From NCBI GenBank assembly GCA_002269645.1, contig NIVC01000247.1, positions 559,095 to 623,094 on the forward strand: a DNA stretch of 64,000 nucleotides, read 5' to 3'. The stretch is from Macrostomum lignano. Taxonomy: Eukaryota. The position numbers and the translations under genes are program-made. Below, in pieces: positions 49,260 through 58,900 of this stretch. Under the pieces are notes generated by a model, which saw only the letters and a program-made list of their open reading frames with translations, was not told where the DNA came from and did no database searches. How positions within the stretch are numbered: position 1 is the first letter of the stretch; each line of letters opens with the position of its first letter.

Positions 49260-49545
49260 ACTGACTCATCTGTATTAGCGCCACTGACTCATCTGCAATT
49301 GGTGCCACTGACTCATCTGCAATTGGTGCCACTGACTCATCTGTATTAGCGCCACTGACTCATCTGCAATTGGTGCCACTGACTCATCTGCAATTGGTGC
49401 CACTGACTCATCTGTATTAGCGCCACTGACTCATCTGCAATTGGTGCCACTGACTCATCTGCAATTGGTGCCACTGACTCATCTGCAATTGGTGCCACTG
49501 ACTCATCTGCAATTGGTGCCACTGACTCATCTGTATTGGCGCCAT
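49260..49545. repeat. 24-bp minisatellite, ~12 copies, each containing TGACTCA
   Basis: actgactcatctgcaattggtgcc and actgactcatctgtattagcgcc. Confidence 0.94.
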
Positions 49546-49740
49546 CTCATCCCACACGCTATCTGATCCCACACTATCTGATCTCACACCCTATCTGATC
49601 CCACACCTTATTTGATCCCACACCCTATCTGATTCCACACTATCTGATCTCACACCTTATCTGATCCCACACCCTATCTGATCCCACACTATCTGATCCC
49701 ACACCTTATCTGATCCCACACCCTATCTCATCCCACAGAT
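49545..49740. repeat. 19-20-bp minisatellite, ~10 copies
   Basis: ctatctgatcccacac(c). Confidence 0.9.
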
Positions 49741-49849
49741 AGGGTGTGAGTGTTCCTGGGAAAGTCCAGATGCTTAGATATATATTAAGCTTATCACTTT
49801 TTATAGAACAGGCCTACTAACTTTCTTAGTAGTGAAGACGTACAGAATC

Positions 49850-51630
49850 GGACAGAATTACCTTGACTTTGCTCCCAATTAGGACAGAATTACCTTGACT
49901 TTGCTCCCAATTAGGACAGAATTACCTTGACTTTGCTCCCAATTAGGACAGAATTACCTTGACTTTGCTCCCAATTAGGACAGAATTACCTTGACTTTGC
50001 TCCCAATTAGGACAGAATTACCTTGATTTTGCTTCCAACTATATAGATAGACTGTAAAAAATTAACCCGCAGTGACACGCACTAATCCAACGGAGACCAT
50101 CACTGACCTAATCCAAGTGTCGATCAGTGACCCGCTTAATGGCAAATGATCTTCACTGACCCGAACTAATCCAAGTGGCCTTCAGTAACAGGCATTAATC
50201 CAAGTGGCCTTTAGTGAACCGCACTAATCCAACAGTGACAATCACTGACCCGCACTAATCCAATTGACCATCAGTGACCCGCACTAATCCAAGTGACCAT
50301 CAGTGACCCGCACTAATCCAACAGTGACAATCACTGTCCCGCACTAATCCAAGTTACTATCAGTGACCCGCACTAATCCAAGTGGCCTTCAGTGACCGGC
50401 ACTAATCCAAGTGAACTTTAGTGAATCGCACTAATCTACGTGACTCAGTTACTGGACAAAATTACCTGAAATTTGCTCCCCACTACACAGATCTGGAGGC
50501 CGGACAGAATTACCTGAAATTTGCTCCCCACTACACAGATCTGGAGGCCGGACAGAATTACCTGAAATTTGCTCCCCACTACACAGATCTGGAGGCCGGA
50601 CAGAATTACCTGAAATTTGCTCCCCACTACACAAATCTGGAGGCCGGACAGAATTACCTGAAATTTGCTCCCCACTACACAGATCTGGAGGCCGGACAGA
50701 ATTACCTGAAATTTGCTCCCCACTACACAAATCTGGAGGCCGGACAGAATTACCTGAAATTTGCTCCCCACTACACAAATCTGGAGGCCGGACACAATTA
50801 CCTGAAATTTGCTCCCCACTACACAAATCTGGAGGCCGGACAGAATTACCTGAAATTTGCTCCCCACTACACAGATCTGGAGGCCGGACAGAATTACCTG
50901 AAATTTGCTCCCCACTACACAGATTTGGAGGCCGAACAGAATTACCTGAAATTTGCTCCCCACTACACAAATCTGGAGGCCGGACAGAATTACCTGAAAT
51001 TTGCTCATTACTACACAGATCTGGAGGCCGGACAGAATTACCTGAAATTTGCTCCCCACTACACAGATCTGGAGGCCGGACAGAATTACCTGAAATTTGC
51101 TCCCCACTACACAGATCTGGAGGCCGGACAGAATTACCTGAAATTTGCTCCCCACTACACAAATCTGGAGGCCGGACAGAATTACCTGAAATTTGCTCCC
51201 CACTACACAGATCTGGAGGCCGGACAGAATTACCTGAAATTTGCTCCCCACTACACAAATCTGGAGGCCGGACAGAATTACCTGAATTTTGCTCCCCACT
51301 ACAGTAGAAGGCATGAGGGGGCTTCTGGGACAAAATTTTTCACCTCCTCCATAATCCCATTAAATCCATCCATATTATCCCCGACAGAATCAGAAAAAAA
51401 GGGGGGGTCGCCCTTGCTCCGAAAACATCCTCCATAATCCCATTAAATCCATCCATATTATCCCTGACAGAATCAGAAAAAAAGGGGGGTCGCACTCGCT
51501 CACAAAACATCGTCCATAATCCACCTAAATCCATCCATATTATCCCTGACAGAATCATGAAAAAGTGGAGGGGTCGCACTTGTTCTGAAAACTTCGAACA
51601 TAATCCTATTAAATCCATCCATATTACCCC
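49850..51630. repeat. Putative left terminal region with four tandem arrays: 32 bp x6 (49850-50040), ~29 bp (50070-50440), 48 bp x~18 (50454-51303) and ~83 bp x4 (51350-51630)
   Basis: The 32-bp and 48-bp units share GGACAGAATTACC..TTTGCTCCC; the 83-bp unit contains GACAGAATC. Confidence 0.9.
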
Positions 51631-51836
51631 CGACAGAATCAGACAGTGGACACCTGTTATGCTCGCTGACACTGACATAATCCACTGACATCCACCCATA
51701 GCATGTTCGAAACAATCAGAAAATAATCTGCATTCTTCTCCCCACATTCAATTTGCAACGCGAAACCAGATCCCAAAGATTTTAAATTATCAGCGCAGGG
51801 TCCTCACCCTTTGAAAAAATTAAATTCTCAATAAAA

Positions 51837-52076
51837 ATGTTTCCAGTTGTCTCTCCAGGTTCTTATTATACTCAGCCTAATCCATTGTACAAATCCAAGT
51901 ACCAATGCAAACTTGAATGCAGCGAATACATGAGAAAATATTGGCCCAACGTTGATATCAATGTCCCTAATATTAATCTAGCTCTCCAAAGACACTGGTT
52001 TCATAAGTATGGAGTAACCTATGTAAAAGATTACGATAGCTACTATAACTTTGCAGAAATCATTAGGCAATTGTGA
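51837..52076 (+). CDS. Hypothetical viral protein (79 aa)
   Basis: ATG in the same AAAAATG context as the other viral ORFs; no recognisable motif. Confidence 0.5.
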   Translation: MFPVVSPGSYYTQPNPLYKSKYQCKLECSEYMRKYWPNVDINVPNINLALQRHWFHKYGVTYVKDYDSYYNFAEIIRQL

Positions 52077-52080
52077 TTTC

Positions 52081-52951
52081 TTACATTCTTTCAATGATCA
52101 ACGTCAATACAAACTCTTCCCCATTAAAATCAACGCCCATCCCATCTTCAGTCTCAAACTGTAGCACAATCTCGTGAATCTCCTTATTACTCAATACAAC
52201 TCTTTTCACTGGATTTGGTTTCTCTACCACCATCTGTCCTCCAGCAACAGAGTTGGAGATGTTGTACAAAATATTCGTTCGCTTTCCCTTAAATACCCAA
52301 TCAAGACTGAGATTGCTTCTGATTAGAATATTCAAACCCTTTACAATGTCTGCAATATTGGGTGCTAAGAACAAACCGCTTACATTTTCCCGGGCCATTT
52401 TAACGGTCCCCGATGCTTGAGTGGCGGTCCGCGCCGCGGATTCTGCCTTATAAACTTTCTTCTCGAATCCCAGTTCCCTATACCAAGTGTCATCTTTAAA
52501 CTCAACCTCCGCATCTTTGTGAACTTGCATGACCACTCTCATTACAGTGAGATCATAGGTTAGTTTGACAGGGAACAGTTTCTTCTCTGGCTTACTCGAA
52601 TCAGGTGTCTCAAAAGTCAAAATGGCCTCTCTTAGTGAAGACATTTTCTAGAAAGTTATTGTAGGTATCCACACTTTGCGTGCTCACATGGAATACCACA
52701 GGGTCTGCTGCTGCACCTTTCCATTTGTAATAAAACTTATTATTTGCTGCCATCACATTAGGAACGTTTGACCAACCGGTGAAGTCGTTAAGATAGACAT
52801 GGTAATTAGCACCTGGATCCAGGCGAATCGCCTGCTCTAATTTTTCAACAAATATCCCGTTTGAGTCATTAATTCGCCCAGTTATTGTAATAGGAATGCT
52901 CTCCTTAGAGTGAGAAACAATATTATTTAGTCTTTCAGCAATCGCTTCCAT
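52081..52951 (-). CDS. Minor capsid protein (penton, single jelly roll), one frameshift near 52630
   Basis: AIRLDPGANYHVYL...WSNVPNVMAANNKFYY and C-terminal EIHEIVLQFETEDGMGVDFNGEEFVLTL match the Polinton mCP pattern; it sits directly downstream of the MCP. Confidence 0.8.
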
Positions 52952-52971
52952 TTTTTTCACAAAAAAAATAT

Positions 52972-54258
52972 TTAAACTTTACTGGATGAATTGTTGATCA
53001 TGTTAAGCTTCACCTTCCTCTCAAATGCATAGATAATGTACAGGTCCACGGGTGTTGCGGTAGTCCTTTCAATGTTATTCACGATATTCACAGGGCTGTT
53101 ATCAGTAGGCATTTGTCTGGCAGACACATCAGCGCCAAACATCGGATATAGAGTTCCATATTGAAGAGCAGTGATAGCAATTCCATTGTTCTCTTTCACA
53201 GCCAAGTCGACCAACTCGCTGTAAAATTTGCTAATCTTGTTCTGACTGAAATCTCCATTTTGTGGCAGTGCAGGGTAAAGATTATCACTGATTTCATGCT
53301 GAATGGACCGCACGTCTCCATGCATGTAGCGTATGATGCTATTTGGGTTTCTCATATTAATAATGATATACCTTGGATTGCTGCATGATCCCTCTTTAAT
53401 GCAGATGTTTGTTCTAGTTTCGTTTCGCTCATCTCGACACATGTAGGCTGTGTATGCAACATCAATGTCCTTCTCTATTGCCTTGAGATAGTCTGCTTTT
53501 AGTGCAGTCTTTGGCTCAATGACTTCCAAATACAGCTCGATTCCGGTTAGCTTCACCTCCATCCTTGTGTGGTCCGCCCCAGTCCACAACACTCTACTGC
53601 GATCATCTCTAGTCATCTTAAAGGTGTAGCTAAAGTTACTAGTCAGTCGATTAAATGTATTACAGAATCCACTCATGAATCTCAATGGTACAAATACATC
53701 AACAGACCGATACTGTGGGTTCTTAGCAGCATCATCAGCACCTTGCAATGCATAGTTGTATCTCTTCTTCCTCTTTTTATAGCCACTGTCATTGATGTCT
53801 CCTTCTTTTTCATCTGCAATAAAACCCGCACCACTTCCCAACTGAATAAAATCAGGATTCTCGATCAAACAATGAGCGTCATAGACAATTCCAAAGTTGG
53901 CGATTCGCTCCAACTCGGTGCTCCCATTCGATACACTAAACTCCTTGAACATGTACGCCCAAAAGTTACTGATCAGAGCCACATCCGCATCATGCTTGTC
54001 AACGTTAGCACGAGCCGCATCCGCACCACCTTTTGTCTTGAATTGAAATGTCATATGGAAGCCGCTCTTAAGACTGTGCACACTAACCAGAGACGAACAT
54101 CCATTGTATGTAAATGTCAGTGTTTGACCTGGACCCAAATTAGTTTCATTCTGGTTCTCGTGACTCGGAACTCTAACTTGTGTCGCTTTGATTGTGCTAT
54201 CATCACTCAAAATAGGCTTGTTAATTTTGTAGAAAACTGGTGTCAGTGGGTCGTTCAT
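52972..54258 (-). CDS. Major capsid protein (double jelly roll)
   Basis: Uninterrupted 428-aa beta-rich ORF with VFVPLRFMSGFCNTFNRL...FKMTR, NPRYIII and YGTLYPMFGADVS, as in Polinton/adintovirus MCPs. Confidence 0.85.
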   Translation of the reverse strand: MNDPLTPVFYKINKPILSDDSTIKATQVRVPSHENQNETNLGPGQTLTFTYNGCSSLVSVHSLKSGFHMTFQFKTKGGADAARANVDKHDADVALISNFWAYMFKEFSVSNGSTELERIANFGIVYDAHCLIENPDFIQLGSGAGFIADEKEGDINDSGYKKRKKRYNYALQGADDAAKNPQYRSVDVFVPLRFMSGFCNTFNRLTSNFSYTFKMTRDDRSRVLWTGADHTRMEVKLTGIELYLEVIEPKTALKADYLKAIEKDIDVAYTAYMCRDERNETRTNICIKEGSCSNPRYIIINMRNPNSIIRYMHGDVRSIQHEISDNLYPALPQNGDFSQNKISKFYSELVDLAVKENNGIAITALQYGTLYPMFGADVSARQMPTDNSPVNIVNNIERTTATPVDLYIIYAFERKVKLNMINNSSSKV

Positions 54259-54288
54259 TTTTTAACTAAAAATAAAATAAAATAAGAA

Positions 54289-55503
54289 ATGAAGCGGAAA
54301 AGTTCATATCATATCTCTGAACTAGAAAAGCTGGCGCAAGCAGAGAAACGAGTTACCGGACTAATCAACAAAGAACAACAATCTTACAATGAATTCGTCC
54401 AAGCAGCCACCGAATTTCACAAACCTGGATACACAGAAGCGAAGAAAAACATCGACACTGTGAAGGAAACAATTGATGATATTCAAGAGAGCCAGTTGCA
54501 AAACACATTGGGTAAAATTCCATCTTCACCGGGACAACCACAGGCTCAGCAACCAGGACAACCAGTGCAGATGAAAGTGACAGATAACTTTTTTGGCCCC
54601 GTAACGGATGATGGAAAATATATATTTGGAATTAGCGCCTGGCGAAAAAATATCACCGGGGAACCGGCGGATTACAACATTGAAGTGACGAAGGAAACTA
54701 TTTCAATCAATAAAGGCGCAGAAACTAAACGAATCCCCTTCACTCAAAGTTTACTCGACTACATGACTAAAAATCAGGAAAAAATATCCGAGAAGCAATT
54801 AAAGAATTATAGAGATCTGGTTACCTTCGCTTTAGAGAGGGACATCGACATTCTCAAGAACAACGGTGTTTTGAAAGTTTTACATGAAAACAGGATTGAC
54901 TTGAACAGGTTTAGAAAATACAAATACTTTAAACAATGGTTTGGTTTGCCGGATCAAGAAGAGGTCATAAGACAACAACCACAACAACCACAGCCACAAC
55001 AGCAGCAACCACAACAGCAGCAACCAAAACAACAACTACAACAACCACAACAGCAGCAACCACAAACACAACCACAACCACAACAACCTCCACCGCCACA
55101 GCAACAAATCACACCCGAACAAGTACTAGAAGCGCTTGAAAAAGCAGGGCCAAATGAGATTTCCCAGTACAAAGATACAAACCCTGATACTTGGCGACAA
55201 TTAGAGCGGCTCTCCCCAGAACGAATGAAGCGAATCAATGACAGAGTATTCACACCTCAACAAAGACAAGCGCCACATGACAGTTCCTCCTCTGACCAAT
55301 CATTCGAATCACCTCCAAGCTCTTCCGGAAAAGGCATGCCTGAATTCTACAAGCGAGTAGCGGTTCTTCTAGGAGCGGCAAAGACCGGAATGAAAGATGA
55401 AAATAGAAAAGAATTTGTCAACATCCTGGACAAAATGATGGAAAAGAAGTATATTGACAAACGGGCGAGAGAGCTTCTGCTTTCGCGGTTCAACAAAAAA
55501 TAA
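54289..55503 (+). CDS. Polinton accessory protein with a Gln/Pro-rich linker and a conserved-looking C-terminal helix pair
   Basis: 404 aa. The C-terminal FYKRVAVLLGAAKTGMKDENRKEFVNILDKMMEKKYI resembles a motif I recall from Polinton conserved ORFs; unverified. Confidence 0.7.
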   Translation: MKRKSSYHISELEKLAQAEKRVTGLINKEQQSYNEFVQAATEFHKPGYTEAKKNIDTVKETIDDIQESQLQNTLGKIPSSPGQPQAQQPGQPVQMKVTDNFFGPVTDDGKYIFGISAWRKNITGEPADYNIEVTKETISINKGAETKRIPFTQSLLDYMTKNQEKISEKQLKNYRDLVTFALERDIDILKNNGVLKVLHENRIDLNRFRKYKYFKQWFGLPDQEEVIRQQPQQPQPQQQQPQQQQPKQQLQQPQQQQPQTQPQPQQPPPPQQQITPEQVLEALEKAGPNEISQYKDTNPDTWRQLERLSPERMKRINDRVFTPQQRQAPHDSSSSDQSFESPPSSSGKGMPEFYKRVAVLLGAAKTGMKDENRKEFVNILDKMMEKKYIDKRARELLLSRFNKK

Positions 55504-55519
55504 TTTATTTCAAGTAAAA

Positions 55520-55917
55520 ATGCCACTTATTTTTGAGAAAGACGTGGACAAATACTATGACAAAGAGGAACTTAATCTCATTAAACGCGGATCTGGACTA
55601 TTCCCTGCAGGCCACTATCCAAGAAAAGAACGCTCTGGGAATGGCCTTGCCGATTTGATCGCTCAGGGGCCAAGATTTTTAAGGTCATTGGAGAGAACAA
55701 AGAGAACATCAAGAACGTTGCCGAAGCGGGTGGCAGTGTAGCCACAGCAGCCAAAAAGATAAAGGATACTGTAACACCTAAACAAGAGATTCAACCTCCA
55801 CTGGCCCCGCTGGCTCCGCTGGCTTCGCTGGCCCCAAATCCAGACAGTGTGGACCCTGCAGTCTATGAGAAGATGAGAGCTAGCATTAAAAAAGGAAGTG
55901 GTTTCAAATTTGACTAA
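55520..55917 (+). CDS. Small core/membrane-active-like viral protein, one frameshift at the GGGG near 55666
   Basis: Adding one G gives a ~132-aa protein with KRGSG, RSGNG and KKGSG motifs and an amphipathic stretch GLADLIAQGAKIFKVIGENKENIKNVA. Confidence 0.65.
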
Positions 55918-55960
55918 AGGGTACTTTCCGAGGGTACAAGAAATGTAAAGGTACAAGACT

Positions 55961-56169
55961 AGTCCCAAAATGACACATCTAAGTCCCAAAATGACACATC
56001 TAAGTCCCAAAATGACACATCTAAGTCCCAAAATGACACATCTAAGTCCCAAAATGACACATCTAAGTCCCAAAATGACACATCTAAGTCCCAAAATGAC
56101 ACATCTAAGTCCCAAAATGACACATCTAAGTCCCAAAATGACACATCTAAGTCCCAAAATGACACATCT
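55961..56169. repeat. Perfect 21-bp intergenic tandem array, 10 copies
   Basis: agtcccaaaatgacacatcta repeated head to tail with no spacers. Confidence 0.96.
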
Positions 56170-56213
56170 TCTAAATTATTTATTATTAAAAAAAATTTTA
56201 TCATAGAAAAAAA

Positions 56214-57014
56214 ATGGACTTTTCAAGCGACTTCAATCCTCACTGGACGCGTAATCAGATTAAGTTTTCTCATCATGAGTCAATCCCGAGTCACTTCAGA
56301 TGCATTGTTGTTGGTTCATCAGGTTCAGGTAAAACATTCAGAGTCTTTAACATGCTTCTTAGACCTGGCTTTATCGACTATGACACTCTGCACATCTACT
56401 CTCCCACATTGTATCAAGATGAGTATAAAATGCTGATTTCTGGATTGCAAAACAAACTGAACAAAGAGGACATTATTCAATGTTTTAATAACCAAATGAG
56501 CCTTCCCAGTAACCCAGAAATTGTAGCTGCTGAATATGCAAAGCACCTCAAAGACAATGAAAAATGGCAGAACATTAAAGTGTTCACCTATGGAGATCCA
56601 CAGGCTGATCCAAAGACCAAACTTCTACCCCAACCAGATGAGCTAGAAAAGGGGAGAAAGCATTTGATCGTCTTTGATGATTGTATGACAGGCCCACAGA
56701 AGCAGATAGAAAACTATTTTACAAGAGGGCGACATAACAATTGTAATGTAATTTACATTGCACAGAATTGGTTCGAGCTCCCGAAAAAAACAATTCGTGG
56801 GAACTGCAATCTGATTCTCCTGTTTCCAACCATTCCACAGGACAGGTTAAAAAGATTTTACAATGAGGTCATTGCGCCTGCCTATTTCATAAATCCAACA
56901 AAAAACTCAAGCAGAAAGATTTCACAAGAGGAATTCGTTAATCTTTGCTATGACAAGTGGAATCAGCCTTACCAGTTTGTGATTATCAGCAAAGAAAAAA
57001 GAACTGTAATTTAA
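56214..57014 (+). CDS. Genome-packaging ATPase (A32/FtsK-HerA family)
   Basis: Walker A GSSGSGKT, Walker B LIVFDD, and FTRGRHNNCNVIYIAQ motif. Confidence 0.95.
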   Translation: MDFSSDFNPHWTRNQIKFSHHESIPSHFRCIVVGSSGSGKTFRVFNMLLRPGFIDYDTLHIYSPTLYQDEYKMLISGLQNKLNKEDIIQCFNNQMSLPSNPEIVAAEYAKHLKDNEKWQNIKVFTYGDPQADPKTKLLPQPDELEKGRKHLIVFDDCMTGPQKQIENYFTRGRHNNCNVIYIAQNWFELPKKTIRGNCNLILLFPTIPQDRLKRFYNEVIAPAYFINPTKNSSRKISQEEFVNLCYDKWNQPYQFVIISKEKRTVI

Positions 57015-57030
57015 AATTTGCTATTAAAAG

Positions 57031-57690
57031 ATGTCGATAAACTTTGCAGGTGAATCCATTTCTGGCAACAGCGCTCTTACATCAGCTCAGATATCCATCC
57101 TTGACAGGCGATATATCAACAGCGACGAAAAGATCCCAGAGATCAAACTGAATAAAAACAGACTGAAAGCCCTAGAGCGCTCCATGCACCAGTTGCAAAT
57201 AAACATGGAAGATCTCAGGCTTAAAGTAGCTAGGCAGAAGTTTGAAAGTGATAAGCTTTATGTGCCGTTGTTAAACGCAACTAATGAACTAAGGTCAGAA
57301 ATAACTTCGATAGTCTCGCTAATCAACGGCTTGAGATCATCAGTTAATCTTCTGGGAAATTCCACTGATAGACGGATGCGTATTCTCGAAGGAGGAGTTT
57401 TCACAAACACAGCTAAAGTAAATAATTTAGAAGAGTTCATGACTCAGTCAACATCGTTGCATGATCGAATCAAAGAAAGACTTGAAGCATTAAAGAGAAA
57501 GGATGTATCACACAGTAGCTATCTAAACGGAATGTATAGCTCTTGGGGTAAAATACTAAGGAGGCTTAATCGTCTGGAGAGAACACTCAATCTTCGTGAT
57601 ATTGCTATTGATGAAGCAGAATCTGCTGCTCGTCCGGTCATTTCTGCAGATGAAATTATCAAAAAGAAAACAGATCTTTCAACTGGGTAG
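57031..57690 (+). CDS. Hypothetical coiled-coil viral protein
   Basis: 219-aa open frame with extended heptad-like L/I periodicity. Confidence 0.65.
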   Translation: MSINFAGESISGNSALTSAQISILDRRYINSDEKIPEIKLNKNRLKALERSMHQLQINMEDLRLKVARQKFESDKLYVPLLNATNELRSEITSIVSLINGLRSSVNLLGNSTDRRMRILEGGVFTNTAKVNNLEEFMTQSTSLHDRIKERLEALKRKDVSHSSYLNGMYSSWGKILRRLNRLERTLNLRDIAIDEAESAARPVISADEIIKKKTDLSTG

Positions 57691-57727
57691 TTTTTTAATT
57701 TTTTTATTTTTTTTTCTAGGGAAAAAA

Positions 57728-58441
57728 ATGGCCCAACAAAATTCTCTATACGATCAGTCTCAATACGTTGAACCTAAAATACCGACAGCACCAAACTCAA
57801 TGGCACCGAATTCGAACACACAAAACCTGGCACCGAATCTGAATGCACCCCAATATGAGCAACAAAAACTCTACCCCGTCATTACTTGTAACTCTCAACA
57901 GTTTCGACTAGTGGAGATTCAAAAAATGCGCGATGATCTTGAAAAAAATATTTTCCACAACACAAAGAAAATTAAGCGCTATGACAACCACTGTAAATTT
58001 TTCGACTACAGCAATATGATTCTAGGATCTGTGTCTGTTCTATCTGGATCTGCTGCAGCTGTCTCAGTGTTGCCAGTCATCACAGCCCCAATCGCAATCC
58101 CGCTCGGCTCTGTGGGTGCTGCATGTGGACTTATTTCAGCAATTACTGGAGCATTAGCGCGAAACAGGCGAAAAAAACTAAAGCAGCTACAGGAGAAGCA
58201 AGTAAAAGAGAAAGGGGTACACACTTCAATCATAGGGTACATTTCAAGGGCAATCGAGGATAAGTTCATTTCAGAGGATGAGTTCAAAACCATTCAGGAT
58301 CTTTATGAACAATCAATTCGAATGAACTTGAACATGGTCGGTATTGATGACATGAGTCAGCTGAGAAATGAACTCGAGAAAGTTCTTCAACATTATGTGG
58401 AAAGAAGGACAACGAGAAGTACAACGAGGAATGCACAATGA
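57728..58441 (+). CDS. Polinton-type membrane protein with a hydrophobic hairpin
   Basis: ATG at 57728 in AAAAAAATG context. LYP...QQFRLVEI, a long hydrophobic Gly/Ala-rich segment, basic RNRRKK, and ISRAIEDKFISEDEF. Confidence 0.75.
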   Translation: MAQQNSLYDQSQYVEPKIPTAPNSMAPNSNTQNLAPNLNAPQYEQQKLYPVITCNSQQFRLVEIQKMRDDLEKNIFHNTKKIKRYDNHCKFFDYSNMILGSVSVLSGSAAAVSVLPVITAPIAIPLGSVGAACGLISAITGALARNRRKKLKQLQEKQVKEKGVHTSIIGYISRAIEDKFISEDEFKTIQDLYEQSIRMNLNMVGIDDMSQLRNELEKVLQHYVERRTTRSTTRNAQ

Positions 58442-58445
58442 ACCC

Positions 58446-58847
58446 TTATGAAACACAGGTACGAATAATTTCCTTGTAGGTCTTTCGTGTTTTGGTCATT
58501 GCATACAAAACAGTCATGCACAGCTCACCGCAAATATCACTGCTAAGACCTTGGAGAATAAAGTCTGAGCGATAAATTTTTTTATTATTTTTTCCCTTCA
58601 TATAATTTCTTAGCTCTTCTGGTACCGCCGTCCCATAGCTATCGAAGTAACAACACTTGTGCTTGCGATCGGGATCAATCACCCAGCAAACCCAATGAGA
58701 TCCTGGCTTATCGGTGGTGTCAAAGTTCACGATGCCACATTCTCCTCCCAGAGGAAAATCAGGCAGAGTGTCCCTCATAAATATTCCTCTAAAGTTTGGG
58801 ATTTCCAGTTCGTTAGCCAAATCTTCAAGAAAGTTATTTGTTGTCAT
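58446..58847 (-). CDS. Adenain-like (C5) cysteine maturation protease
   Basis: Catalytic order H (GSHWV), D (YFDSYG), Q (ILQG), C (DICGELC). Confidence 0.93.
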   Translation of the reverse strand: MTTNNFLEDLANELEIPNFRGIFMRDTLPDFPLGGECGIVNFDTTDKPGSHWVCWVIDPDRKHKCCYFDSYGTAVPEELRNYMKGKNNKKIYRSDFILQGLSSDICGELCMTVLYAMTKTRKTYKEIIRTCVS

Positions 58848-58900
58848 TTTTTATGAGGTTTATTAAACTTTCTCTTAAACCTAAACCCAACCTCCACCTC

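Noticed and set aside
50421-51437. 338-aa ORF of 16-aa repeats (GQNYLKFAPHYTDLEA)
   Set aside because: It has a GTG start without the A-run context of the viral genes, and the array is open in several frames on both strands. It is most simply a by-product of a stop-free 48-bp unit.
54936-55253. Poly-Thr and poly-Cys/Gly ORFs
   Set aside because: They are shadow frames of the Gln/Pro-rich linker in 54289-55503.
49850-56169. CRISPR-like arrays (32-bp, 48-bp and 21-bp repeats)
   Set aside because: The units are head to tail with no unique spacers, no cas genes are present, and the context is eukaryotic.
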